Position numbers and translations under genes: made by a program. From an uncultured delta proteobacterium (lineage in GTDB: Bacteria > Desulfobacterota > Desulfobacteria > Desulfobacterales > JAHEIW01), in contig CAVPNL010000009.1 of NCBI GenBank assembly GCA_963706575.1, forward strand, positions 160,001-224,000: 64,000 nt of DNA, given 5' to 3'. Shown one piece after another: positions 29,807-39,515 of this stretch. Under the pieces are notes generated by a model, which saw nothing but the letters and a program-made list of their open reading frames with translations, was not told the DNA's origin and did not search any database. How positions within the stretch are numbered: position 1 is the first letter of the stretch; each line of letters starts with the position of its first letter.

Positions 29807-30940
29807 ATGCGAACACCACCATTAATTCTCATTGTGGATGATAATCCCGCCAACGTAGAAATTTTCCAGGCACGCCTGGCCGCCAACAACTACGAAATCA
29901 TCACGGCATCAGACGGCGAAGAGGGGTTGGCTATGGCGAAAGACCGTTTGCCGGATCTGATTCTGCTGGACATCATGATGCCTAAAATGGATGGTATTGA
30001 AGTCTGCCGGCATCTCAGGGCGGATTCCGCCCTGCCGTTTATGCCCATCATCATGGTTACGGCCAAAACGGATTCAAAAGACATCGTCGCCGGTCTCGAG
30101 GCCGGGGCCGACGAATACCTAACCAAGCCCGTGGATCATGCCGCACTGGTCGCCAGGGTGAAGTCGATGCTGCGGATTAAGTCGTTGCATGATACAGTCC
30201 TTGAGCAGTCCGCTCAGCTTCAAGCTCAACTTGAGACCGCTACCAAGGTTCAATCGCTATTTTGGCCGGATATTCCGGAGTTAACCGGTGGGAGTCATAT
30301 CTGGGCGACGGCTGTTCCGGCCGGCTATGTCAGTGGCGATTTGTACGATGTAATTCCCCTGCCGGACGGCAGTTTATTGGCATATGTCGCCGATGTCTCC
30401 GATAAAGGCGTTCCTGCTGCTCTGGTTATGGCTGCCTTGTCAACCAGAATCCGCAGTGAAGCACAAAATCATTACGAGATAGACACGCTTCTTGAAACTG
30501 TAAACAACAGGTTGCACAGCCTGACCTCTGAAGAAGGATTTTTTGCTACCATCGTTCTGGCCAGGTATTGGCCCCATAACGGAAAAATGCAACTTGCGCT
30601 TGCGGGCCATTTACAGCCGTTGTGGATCGCCGAAAGCGGAATTGGCAATTGTCCCCAGATCAATGGAATATCATTGGGTATCACACCGGATGTCCGTTAC
30701 GAGAAGAAGGAAATTTTGCTCTCTCCCGGGGAATCGATTCTCTTTTTTAGCGATGGCGTTATCGAAGCTGAGAATGAAGATAAAGAGCTTTTTGGCAATG
30801 AGCGCCTGGTGGCCTTTATAAAAGATGCAAAAGCCCCCCCTCGGGGCAAGGGATTGTTGGATTTCATATTCAATTGGCGTGGGAATTCGAGTGCCAGTGA
30901 CGATTTAACCATATTGGAGATCTGGCGTAATCCAGACTAA
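29807..30940 (+). CDS. Response regulator with PP2C/SpoIIE phosphatase (RsbU-like)
   Basis: REC domain plus SGDLYD, ADVSDKG, SDGVIE, DDLT. Confidence 0.92.
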   Translation: MRTPPLILIVDDNPANVEIFQARLAANNYEIITASDGEEGLAMAKDRLPDLILLDIMMPKMDGIEVCRHLRADSALPFMPIIMVTAKTDSKDIVAGLEAGADEYLTKPVDHAALVARVKSMLRIKSLHDTVLEQSAQLQAQLETATKVQSLFWPDIPELTGGSHIWATAVPAGYVSGDLYDVIPLPDGSLLAYVADVSDKGVPAALVMAALSTRIRSEAQNHYEIDTLLETVNNRLHSLTSEEGFFATIVLARYWPHNGKMQLALAGHLQPLWIAESGIGNCPQINGISLGITPDVRYEKKEILLSPGESILFFSDGVIEAENEDKELFGNERLVAFIKDAKAPPRGKGLLDFIFNWRGNSSASDDLTILEIWRNPD

Positions 30941-30973
30941 AACTTATCTATGAAATTTAATTCATTATAACAG

Positions 30974-31906
30974 TTAAGTCATCATTCTTTCATACCACTG
31001 CGTTTTAGCATACACCTCAAACCCCACCGATTCATAAAGGGAGCATGCAGCCGGGTTTTGACTGTCCACCGTCAGTTCGACGATATCGACACCTTTGGCT
31101 TTAAGGTCATTCAATCCATTCAGCAATATGGTCCTGCCGATTTCCTGCTGGCGATACTGCGGATCGACCCCCAGCATATGGATCAAGCCTTTGCCTTTTT
31201 TTCTTTTCTCATTCTCTGCGGCATCTATAATGGTCCAGCAATATCCAACCGGTAGATCGCCCAGGTAGGTTAAAATAACATCATCCGGTGAACGGCCGTG
31301 CATATTCAGCCGATAGGCAATTTCTTCCTCGGTGTTGGGATTGAACCCCCAACTGTCGGCAAAGCAGCGGTTCTGGATTTCGGTTAGAAGATTTTCTTCA
31401 CCTTGCTTTAGCCTGCGGCTGTTCGCGGCACCCGGCCTGGCTGCCGGCAGCCGGACGCTGTTAATATCCAGCCGCATTTCAAAGAAGTGGCGGATGAAAG
31501 TAAATGTGAGGTGGCTCAGGAGACCTTTGGCGGAAGCGTTGGTTTCTAAAACACTGATCTGGGCTGACGTTATACCGGATTTGCTGATGCGTTGCAGGCC
31601 GCTTGAGAAAAGTTTAGTTGCGATTCCTTTGTGGCGATGGAGCGGGTGAACCAAACCGTCCAGCAAAGCACGCTGAATTCCAGGCTCGAGGGTAACGCTG
31701 AGGCAGCCGGCAAGGTTTCCACTTAATTCGGCGACGAATAAATCCGTTTCAGGTGCAAAGTTTGGTCTTGCCAGAATATCTGACAGCCCCTGTGGAGAGA
31801 TGAAGCGCCCTAAAGGCTCAAGCTGTTCAGATTCGACATGTAGCTGAACGTATTTTTCAAAGTCGTTGGAGGAATAGTTCCGGATGATGTAAGATCTGTC
31901 AGCCAT
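30974..31906 (-). CDS. Tandem GNAT acetyltransferase, MshD (mycothiol synthase)-like
   Basis: Two GNAT motif A copies (VHPLHRHKGIAT; LGVDPQYRQQEIG) and LTVDSQNPAACSLYESVGF. Start revised to 31906. Confidence 0.8.
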   Translation of the reverse strand: MADRSYIIRNYSSNDFEKYVQLHVESEQLEPLGRFISPQGLSDILARPNFAPETDLFVAELSGNLAGCLSVTLEPGIQRALLDGLVHPLHRHKGIATKLFSSGLQRISKSGITSAQISVLETNASAKGLLSHLTFTFIRHFFEMRLDINSVRLPAARPGAANSRRLKQGEENLLTEIQNRCFADSWGFNPNTEEEIAYRLNMHGRSPDDVILTYLGDLPVGYCWTIIDAAENEKRKKGKGLIHMLGVDPQYRQQEIGRTILLNGLNDLKAKGVDIVELTVDSQNPAACSLYESVGFEVYAKTQWYERMMT

Positions 31907-32096
31907 TTTTTTCAAACCCATTCGCTTGCTATTGGTGAAAGTGGTTTTATTTTTAAATTTTAAAACGCTCAATTTAGCTTTAAATGTAATCCTTAATACC
32001 AATAAAGCAATTTGATACGCGAGCAAAATTTGCTATTTGTGAACTTCGTGGTAAAAATTTATATGTGCTTTAAAATCTCAGTGGTTTTTATTAAAT

Positions 32097-32178
32097 CACC
32101 ACGAAGCAAACGAAGAGGCACGAAGATTAAAGAAATCTTTTGGTTTCTATCTCTGTGTTCTTCGTGAACTTCGTGGTG
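32097..32178. repeat. 9/10-mer tandem-inverted-repeat element (CACGAAG unit)
   Basis: CACCACGAAGCAAACGAAGAGGCACGAAG ... CTCTGTGTTCTTCGTGAACTTCGTGGTG. A solo arm is also present at about 32036-32052. Confidence 0.8.
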
Positions 32179-32241
32179 GAATTTAAGTGATCGTTAATAA
32201 AAGAAATCATATACCGGTAAAATCGAACATGGAGGCTGAGC

Positions 32242-32937
32242 GTGACGGAACAAGCGGACATACTTGTGGTAACTCCCCATCCGGATGATGCTGAATTCGG
32301 AGTTGCCGGGACGGTAGCGCGATGGACAAGCAAAGGAAAACAGGTTGTTTATGTGGTTTGTACCAACGGAAACAAGGGGACCAGTGACCCGGATGTAAAG
32401 CCTGATGAGCTGGCCGAAACCCGGCAGAAAGAGCAGCGGGCTGCTGCTGAAGTTCTGGGAGTGCGCGAGGTGGTATTTCTGGAGAATCCGGATCAGGGGC
32501 TTGAAGATACACCGGAATTTAGAAAACAGATTGTGCGGATGATTCGGCGCTACCGACCGCAAACGGTCGTCACCGCTGATCCCTACCGTCGCTATATCTG
32601 GCACCGGGATCATCGCATTGCAGGGCAGGTCACCATAGACGCGGTTTTTCCCTATGCCAGGGACCATCTGGCTTACCCGGATTTGCTCGAAGAGGATTTA
32701 CAGCCTCACAAAGTCAGGGAAATGCTTTTCTGGGCATCGGAAGATATCAACTATCTTTCCGATATTACCGCTACATTCGACCTTAAGCTGGCAGCGCTGC
32801 GCTGTCATGAAAGCCAGGTAAAATCAATGAAGGTTTCGGATCTGGAAAACTGGTTAAGGCAACGCTGCAGCGATTTAGCCGAAGGCGAAGATTTTGATCT
32901 GGCCGAAGCCTTCCACCGCGAAGAAATCGTCTGGTAG
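32242..32937 (+). CDS. PIG-L family N-deacetylase (MshB/Mca/BshB-like)
   Basis: PHPDDAE, TNG.KG, HRDH, KLAALRCHESQ; RBS GGAGG. Confidence 0.9.
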   Translation: MTEQADILVVTPHPDDAEFGVAGTVARWTSKGKQVVYVVCTNGNKGTSDPDVKPDELAETRQKEQRAAAEVLGVREVVFLENPDQGLEDTPEFRKQIVRMIRRYRPQTVVTADPYRRYIWHRDHRIAGQVTIDAVFPYARDHLAYPDLLEEDLQPHKVREMLFWASEDINYLSDITATFDLKLAALRCHESQVKSMKVSDLENWLRQRCSDLAEGEDFDLAEAFHREEIVW

Positions 32938-33007
32938 GTAGTAATTAGCTACAGCTCTCAACAAGGCCAAAGGTTTCAAGTGTCAGTTCGCCGGGAAACG
33001 TTATATC

Positions 33008-33097
33008 TGTTTCATTGGTTTGATTGGTTTAATTCGTTCAATTGGTTTGGTTTGAGACAACCAATCCAACCAATGAAACAAATAAAACTAATCTAAC
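33008..33097. repeat. 9-mer tandem-inverted-repeat element (ATTGGTT unit)
   Basis: (ATTGGTTT.)n followed by (AACCAAT..)n; same family as 58890-58994. Confidence 0.75.
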
Positions 33098-33111
33098 AAG
33101 TTCTTGTCCCT

Positions 33112-33753
33112 CTAAGAACTTGACCATAGTACATCTCCGCAGAGACTCGGGTCATGCGGTCGGGCGGAAAATGCCTCAAATGCCTGCTTTTCCTTCCCCA
33201 ACACGGTGTCATTGCCGTGCCCTGCAAACACCTGTGTAGCATCGGGTAGGACAAAAATCTTATTCTTCAAAGATTCGACAATTTGCCTGAAATCGGCCGG
33301 TGATCCGGTTTTACCGGGCCCGTCCGGAAACAACGTATCACCGGATATCAGATATCCCTCTGTGTAGAAACAAAGGCTGCCCGGGGTGTGCCCCGGGGTG
33401 TGCATGACCTCAAGGCGGATATCTCCGAACGTGATTGCTTCACCATCAGCCAGCAGCTTATCTGCTGGAATCGGCAGCCTGTCGGCATCTGCGGCATGGG
33501 CTGCCAGCGGGACATTCAGCGCTGATTTTAATTCCGCCAGGGCACCGGTATGATCCATGTGATTATGGGTCATGAGAATATATTTTGGATTGGTTTGCTG
33601 TAATTGTCCCAGGATTTTGGGCGCATCGCCGGGTGCATCGAAGACAACGCTGTCGCCTGTTTTTATACAGGTCATGATATATGAATTGGTTCCAAAGGGA
33701 CCCAATTCGTAACGTTCGATTTGGATGGTTTCATCTTTCACCACAACTGCCAT
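33112..33753 (-). CDS. MBL-fold metallo-hydrolase (glyoxalase II-like)
   Basis: THNHMDH, HTPGHTPGS, SGDTLF, GHG. Start 33753 has RBS GAGGAGG. Confidence 0.9.
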   Translation of the reverse strand: MAVVVKDETIQIERYELGPFGTNSYIMTCIKTGDSVVFDAPGDAPKILGQLQQTNPKYILMTHNHMDHTGALAELKSALNVPLAAHAADADRLPIPADKLLADGEAITFGDIRLEVMHTPGHTPGSLCFYTEGYLISGDTLFPDGPGKTGSPADFRQIVESLKNKIFVLPDATQVFAGHGNDTVLGKEKQAFEAFSARPHDPSLCGDVLWSSS

Positions 33754-33976
33754 GATTGGCCTCCTCAAAGTGATTATTTGTTTCTGACTATCACTGTTTT
33801 TTCCATCGCTGTCAATTCCTGTTTTGCCCGGGAAATGATAATCAGGATTTGAACTTTGCGGTATTGATAAATTATTTAAATCCGACTATTAAGGAAAATA
33901 AGCCGCTTGTAAAGATATCGTAAATTACCTGCGGTTTTTATCTATTTTAAAATGCCTTGAATCGGGGACAGAGCCG

Positions 33977-34687
33977 ATGAATCGACTTCTTTTTTTGGAC
34001 AATTCACTTCCGGATGACTCTTACCATCCCTTAATATATTGGGAGCCTTTATTATTATTCCCCTACGACGCATTTCGCGTATCCGTTGGGGAATTGCCGC
34101 ATGAATTGGATTCCTATTCGCATATTCTGATTTCAGGGTCTGCTGCAAGTGTTCTGGATGATACCGATTGGATGCAGGCTGAAGTAGCGCTAATTCAGAA
34201 CGCTGTGAATAAAGGCAAAGTGATATTGGGGAGTTGTTTCGGACACCAGATCATTGCTCGAGCGCTGTTCGGTATGGATGCTGTCAGGAAAAGGGAAAAA
34301 CCGGAAATCGGATGGCCGGATATTCAAATCGTTTCCAATGATTCATTATTTGGTGAATCCGGCCGCACGATCCATACATTTGTTTTTCATTATGATGAAG
34401 TGTGCACGGTGCCGGAAGAAAAGGCCACCATTATCGCACGATCAAAGGAATGCGACATTCTCGTATTTAAGATAAAGGATAGACCGGTGTGGGGCGTTCA
34501 ACCCCACTTTGAAATGGGGATTGTACAGAGCCTAAGATATATCGACAAGGTTAAAGGCAACCAGGTTCCCGACAAGCAAATCTTCTTCAGTGATGATCAA
34601 TATATGCCGAAAGACTCGGGCTGGGTCATTCCGTTGATGAAACGTTTTCATGAAACCCAACCGGTTGACAGCACAAATTGCTGTTGA
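33977..34687 (+). CDS. Type 1 glutamine amidotransferase
   Basis: ISGS, GSCFGHQ nucleophile, QPHFE (His-x-Glu). Confidence 0.88.
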   Translation: MNRLLFLDNSLPDDSYHPLIYWEPLLLFPYDAFRVSVGELPHELDSYSHILISGSAASVLDDTDWMQAEVALIQNAVNKGKVILGSCFGHQIIARALFGMDAVRKREKPEIGWPDIQIVSNDSLFGESGRTIHTFVFHYDEVCTVPEEKATIIARSKECDILVFKIKDRPVWGVQPHFEMGIVQSLRYIDKVKGNQVPDKQIFFSDDQYMPKDSGWVIPLMKRFHETQPVDSTNCC

Positions 34688-34819
34688 ACAATTGAAAAGG
34701 GAGGCGGCCAATGAATTTGTTTCTGACCCGTCTCCCTTATTTTTCAACTATTTGCTTTAGTCTCTATTAAATTTCCATATTCGAATCTGATCCAATACCG
34801 AATACCCAACATCCAATCC

Positions 34820-35155
34820 TTACCGAACCAACCGCTTTACATTGGGGACCTCCAGATTCGATGCGTCAATCTGCCAATCCCCCTTGGCATCCTGCTGACC
34901 TTTCAGCAACCCCTGTTGTAACCATTGCTTGACACCATTTTCGGTTAGATAGGTCAAGTCAGCAAATGCAGCAACCGAGAAAGTTTTTGCTGCTTTTGCT
35001 GCCTTCGGCGCAGCCTTTTTCTTCGGTGCAGCTTTTTTCTTCGGCGCCGCTGTTTTTTTAGCTGAAGCCTTAGCTTTGGCAGTCACTTTTTTAGCTTTAA
35101 CAGTGCCTTTTTTCTGGTTTTTTTTTGCAGGTTTTTTTTGTTCTTTTTTTGCCAT
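34820..35155 (-). CDS. Histone H1-like Lys/Ala/Pro-rich protein with a C-terminal MerR/Xis-like HTH
   Basis: AAPKKK repeats, then FSVAAFADLTYLTENGVKQWLQQGLLKG...WQID; RBS GGAGGAGG. Confidence 0.75.
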   Translation of the reverse strand: MAKKEQKKPAKKNQKKGTVKAKKVTAKAKASAKKTAAPKKKAAPKKKAAPKAAKAAKTFSVAAFADLTYLTENGVKQWLQQGLLKGQQDAKGDWQIDASNLEVPNVKRLVR

Positions 35156-35419
35156 CGTTGATTGATCCTCCTCCGTTTCAAGTTAGGTTGCTAAATACCA
35201 AAAACCGATCCCAAACCGCAATTAATATTAGACGCACAACTGAGATATGGTCACATTCTATTTTTTTGATGTCAAGGGGAAAAAATATGTTAATTATTCT
35301 TTGTTATTTTAATTAATTATATAAAAAGAGGATTGCAGCGCATCGATTTTAGAAGATTAATATGGGGAAAATTTAGCGGCTTGGTTCAATAAAAATTATT
35401 TGTAACCGCCAGACCTTGC

Positions 35420-35737
35420 TCAATACATGATACTCTCTTTCATTTCGTAGTGTTGTGATTTATCATCATGTCTTGAAAGCACCTGCCTTGCTTTATCTGG
35501 TACATACGATTTTTCGTAATCCTCACCAGCGAATTGCTTTACTGACTCCAAAGAATCAAACTGCATAATGGTAATAAATTCTGCCTCGTTGCTTAATTGG
35601 CGTCTTAAAAGCTGAATTCCACGATAGCCGGATACAATTTTAGCTGCAATTGCAGGAAAAATCTCCTCCTTCAGGAGATTTTCATAAATGTCCGCATTTT
35701 CTGGAGTCGTCCAGCCGTGCCAGATTCTAAATATCAT
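35420..35737 (-). CDS. Antibiotic-biosynthesis-monooxygenase-like (dimeric alpha-beta barrel) protein
   Basis: MIFRIWHGWT...FDSLESVKQFAGEDYE. Start revised to 35737. Confidence 0.75.
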   Translation of the reverse strand: MIFRIWHGWTTPENADIYENLLKEEIFPAIAAKIVSGYRGIQLLRRQLSNEAEFITIMQFDSLESVKQFAGEDYEKSYVPDKARQVLSRHDDKSQHYEMKESIMY

Positions 35738-35757
35738 TTTTTCATTCCTTTCTTTTT

Positions 35758-35951
35758 TAAAACCCATCTCAAAAATAGGATTTTGGTACAAGATTGCGGC
35801 GGGGCCAAGCTTTCCCGCGTTGCGGGATTCCCCGTCTGATCTTATATGCCTTGTGGGTCATAAACCGGAGGCATACTGTTGTATGTTGAGGATTTAAAGC
35901 GAGGCACCAACAAAGATATTGGGCCAAAAGACATATTTGAGATGGGTTCTA
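35758..35951. mobile_element. MITE (about 190 bp, non-autonomous)
   Basis: Ends TA-AAACCCATCTCAAA ... TTTGAGATGGGTTC-TA, i.e. a 13-bp perfect TIR flanked by TA. Confidence 0.7.
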
Positions 35952-35973
35952 GTTTAATTCTGTTGAACGTATA

Positions 35974-37518
35974 TTAACTGGAATCTTCCTGGTTTTCACA
36001 TAACGCTTTTACCTCTTCTTTTAATACCTTTCCCATCGTATTCCTTGGTAACTCCTTAACAAAGACGATCTCTTTGGGGCATTTCCAGTCGTGTAGATTA
36101 TTTTTACAGTGTGCGCGAATCGTTTCGGGTTTAATATTCGAGTTGGCTTTCGTCACCACAGCGGCAACGACCTTTTCCCCCCAGCGTTCATCCGCAATAC
36201 CGACCACGCTGGATTCAACCACATCCTCAAGCTGGTTGATGACAACTTCGACCTCTTTGGGGGAGATATTTTCTCCCCCGGATATGATGATGTGCTTGAT
36301 GCGGTCGGTCAGATAATAATAGCCGTCTTTATCCATATTTCCCAGATCACCGGTTCTAAACCAGCCCTGTTCGAATGCGCTGGCGGTCTCCTGCGGCTTG
36401 CGCCAATAGCCGGGTGTAACGGCGGGACCCTTTAGCCAGATTTCACCGGTTTGACCGGACGCCACATCCGCGCCGGTGTCCGGATCGACAATTCTGACTT
36501 CAAGATCCGGCAAAGGGTATCCAATGGAACCCGCTTTTCGTTTACCTCTCAGTGGATTTGAAAAATTCATGCCCGTTTCTGTCATGCCTTCGCGTTCAAC
36601 CGGTTGCTTACCGAATGTCTTATAGATGTGTTCAAAATCCTGGGGAAGTAAGGGGGCCGACCCGGAGGTCCATAGGCGCATGTGCTCAAAGTCAAGTTTG
36701 CGATCACCTAAATAACCCATCAACTTGCCGTACATCGAAGGGACCGCCATAAATACCGTACAGGCGTATTCACCCTCTTTTTTCTCGAGGGCATTGATCA
36801 CCCCTTCCGGTGAAAACTGATCCAGCATGATGACATGGGCGCCGGCCAGTAAGGCGGTATGCAAAGCAAAGCACAATCCATGCACATGAAAAAGGGGCAG
36901 GGCATGACAGAGCGCATCTTTTTGACTGATTTCCCAAACATGAATGATGTTTTTGGCATCATGCACCAGATTTTTTTGGGTAAGCATAGCCCCTTTTGGT
37001 TTGCCGGTGGTGCCGGAGGTATAGATAATAAGACCCGGGTCATCCGGTTCAATTTCAACCCGAGTGTATTCTTCAGGGGATGATCGAAAAAAATCAATAT
37101 CCTGATATGGTCTCTGGGTATCAACAATCAAGGTGATTAAGCTGGAATCGATTTCCGTGATGAGTCCCTCTTTGTCAGGTTCTGTCAAAGTTAATTTTGG
37201 GTCGGCATCTTGCAGCAGGTAATCCAATTCCGATTTTTTAAAGCCCGGGTTCAGGGGCACGGCAATGGCGCCGATTTTTTGCAGGGCGAGGTGGGCAATC
37301 ACGAATATCAGGGATTTTTGGATACAGAGGATGACTCTGTCTGTTTTTGCGACGCCCAATTCCTGGAATGTACGGGCCATCCGGTTTGAATCCTGGTTCA
37401 GTTGCAGATTTGAAATTTCAGTCTCAATTTCGCCATTACGCAGGAAGGTGACGGCCTTCCGTTTTTTCTGTTTTAGGAAAGACGCTGTGAGACAGTCCCG
37501 CAGGGATTGACTATCCAT
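35974..37518 (-). CDS. Acyl-CoA synthetase (malonyl-CoA synthetase MatB-like)
   Basis: YTSGTTGKPKG, LPLFHVHGL, SGSAPL, EREGMTE, RTGDLG, PRNTMGK. Confidence 0.88.
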   Translation of the reverse strand: MDSQSLRDCLTASFLKQKKRKAVTFLRNGEIETEISNLQLNQDSNRMARTFQELGVAKTDRVILCIQKSLIFVIAHLALQKIGAIAVPLNPGFKKSELDYLLQDADPKLTLTEPDKEGLITEIDSSLITLIVDTQRPYQDIDFFRSSPEEYTRVEIEPDDPGLIIYTSGTTGKPKGAMLTQKNLVHDAKNIIHVWEISQKDALCHALPLFHVHGLCFALHTALLAGAHVIMLDQFSPEGVINALEKKEGEYACTVFMAVPSMYGKLMGYLGDRKLDFEHMRLWTSGSAPLLPQDFEHIYKTFGKQPVEREGMTETGMNFSNPLRGKRKAGSIGYPLPDLEVRIVDPDTGADVASGQTGEIWLKGPAVTPGYWRKPQETASAFEQGWFRTGDLGNMDKDGYYYLTDRIKHIIISGGENISPKEVEVVINQLEDVVESSVVGIADERWGEKVVAAVVTKANSNIKPETIRAHCKNNLHDWKCPKEIVFVKELPRNTMGKVLKEEVKALCENQEDSS

Positions 37519-37555
37519 AACTGTTTCCTATGCACCAGAAAAGAAGCTTCCGGGT

Positions 37556-39187
37556 TTAGACCGATGCCCGTTGTACCGCCAGCATGGTGACATCATCGCT
37601 GCGCGGTGCGATATCAATAAAAGCGAACAAGCTGGTTTTGATGCGCTCCAGTGTTTCAGCGGCTGATTTTAATGGCTGGGTCAGCAATGATTGTAAACGG
37701 TCCCGGGTATAAATTTCATCTTCCGGTGAGCGCGCTTCGGTAACACCATCGGTGTAGCCGACCAGCAGATCACCCGGTTCGAGTTGAATCTCCTGGGATT
37801 GGAAGATGATGTCGGGCATTAGGCCGACCGCCGGCCCGGTGGGCTTCAACCGGTCTTTGATGTTGCCGGCGTTTAGGACATAAAGCGGCTCGTGGCCGCC
37901 GTTGACATATGACAGGATGCCGGTTGACGGATTCAATACCCCGAAAAACAAAGTGGCGTACATGCATTCCCGCCCATGCAGATTCGCAATGTAGTTATTG
38001 GTAGAGGCAACCGCCCCCAGGCGAGCCATCTGGTCATCTGCGGATGACGAAATCGTTTCGGTGTTGTCCGGGGACGACGCAATTTGTGTCAGGCCCGGCC
38101 CGGTGCAGTAGATGGCCTGCTCGGCGAAAACCCGGATGAGGCTGCGGAACAGTGCCATATATAATGCCGAGCCGACGCCCTTGTCACACACATCGGCAAT
38201 CACCAGACCCACATTCCCGTCCGGCAACATAAATACATCGTAGAAATCACCGGACACCTGACCGGCCGGATAAAAACAGGTGGCGATTTCCCAGTTGGGC
38301 AGGTCCGGGATATGACTGGGTAAAAACTCGCGTTGAATTTCACGGCCTTTTTCCAGTTCAAACTCGATTTTTTTAACACTTTCCCACTCCCGCAGCCCTT
38401 CGACCATTTTATTGAAGTTCGTCGACAGCTCGCCGATTTCATCTCCGGAAGTGACGGGGGCAAAATGCGTCAAATCCCCTCTGGCAACATCGGCAGAAAT
38501 CTCCGAAAGGTTTTCGATCGGCCGGGCAATCTTGCGGGCAAAGTAATATCCCAGGAAACGGGACAGGACCAGCGTAATGATAAAAATGAGAGCAATCCAC
38601 TTTGCCTCTCTTTTCATCATACCGGCGAAACTTTCACTATCGATACCGATTTTAAGAAAATAGGTATTCAGATCATTTTCTCCGGTGACATTGACAAACA
38701 AAGCATGTTCATCATCCGAGCGCGCCAGCAGACCGGGCTTTACAAAATGCCGCTTGAGATTGCGATCCAGCTTTTCTGAAAAGGAACTTTGCGCCGGATT
38801 AAGGTGCAGCACCTTATTATCGTCAAAAAACATTCGATACCACAATGTGTCGTTTGTCTCCTTCGCGTAAATAGCGATATCGGAAACAGCGTAAAAACTG
38901 GACGAAAGATTGGTCAGTATATCGAACAGTTGGTCCAGTTGCGGGTTGGGTTTGCCGACTCCTTTCCAGAGAAAGTCCGGTATTTGCGACGCGTCCATCA
39001 ACGAGAACTGATGGTTGATCAACTGACTGGTCGAATTGATGAAATGTTTGCGGGTGCCTCCCATGTAAAGCATGGAGGTGATAAAGAAAACGACCAGGCC
39101 GAACACCAGGAAATAAATAGTAATCCTTCTGGCAACCGATGGCTTCCAGAAACGACAGTACGATTTAACATGCTCTACAGGTTTCAT
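37556..39187 (-). CDS. Membrane HAMP plus PP2C/SpoIIE phosphatase
   Basis: 2 TM, DEIGELS, SGDFYD, ADVCDKG, TDGVTE, DDVT. Start uncertain (39187 or 39217). Confidence 0.88.
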   Translation of the reverse strand: MKPVEHVKSYCRFWKPSVARRITIYFLVFGLVVFFITSMLYMGGTRKHFINSTSQLINHQFSLMDASQIPDFLWKGVGKPNPQLDQLFDILTNLSSSFYAVSDIAIYAKETNDTLWYRMFFDDNKVLHLNPAQSSFSEKLDRNLKRHFVKPGLLARSDDEHALFVNVTGENDLNTYFLKIGIDSESFAGMMKREAKWIALIFIITLVLSRFLGYYFARKIARPIENLSEISADVARGDLTHFAPVTSGDEIGELSTNFNKMVEGLREWESVKKIEFELEKGREIQREFLPSHIPDLPNWEIATCFYPAGQVSGDFYDVFMLPDGNVGLVIADVCDKGVGSALYMALFRSLIRVFAEQAIYCTGPGLTQIASSPDNTETISSSADDQMARLGAVASTNNYIANLHGRECMYATLFFGVLNPSTGILSYVNGGHEPLYVLNAGNIKDRLKPTGPAVGLMPDIIFQSQEIQLEPGDLLVGYTDGVTEARSPEDEIYTRDRLQSLLTQPLKSAAETLERIKTSLFAFIDIAPRSDDVTMLAVQRASV

Positions 39188-39365
39188 TTGGGTTGTCCTT
39201 AAAACAGCACCCGGCAATAATTGATGGGTGACAAATTTATGGTTGCTTGAAATTTATTATTCGGTAATGAAGGATATAGCACACCCGACGTTTTAAGGTA
39301 AATGTCTTTACTTAAAAATGCTATGAATATATTGTAAAAAATTGTATCCGTATTTAACTTGATAA

Positions 39366-39482
39366 TTCCCCGCAGCTCGCTACAGGGTGATCCACGAATT
39401 CCCTCTCCTTGGGGAGAGGGTTAGGGTGAGGGGAAAAGATTTAATCAATTTTGATACCTTGCAGCCTGCTGCAGGGAGGTTC
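39366..39482. repeat. Composite palindromic extragenic element (BoxC-like core)
   Basis: CCCTCTCCTTGGGGAGAGGGTTAGGGTGAGGGG flanked by CCCCGCAGC..CAGGG-type palindromes. Confidence 0.55.
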
Positions 39483-39515
39483 ATTCGAATATGGCACAGG
39501 AGGCAGGATTTAAAA

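Noticed and set aside
39387..39515. N-terminal extensions of ORF calls (also 182-253, 5949-5993, 47490-47639, 57830-57862, 61190-61288, 35738-35791, 31907-32026)
   Set aside because: They translate intergenic or repeat DNA. Downstream starts match the family N-termini, and some have a clear RBS.
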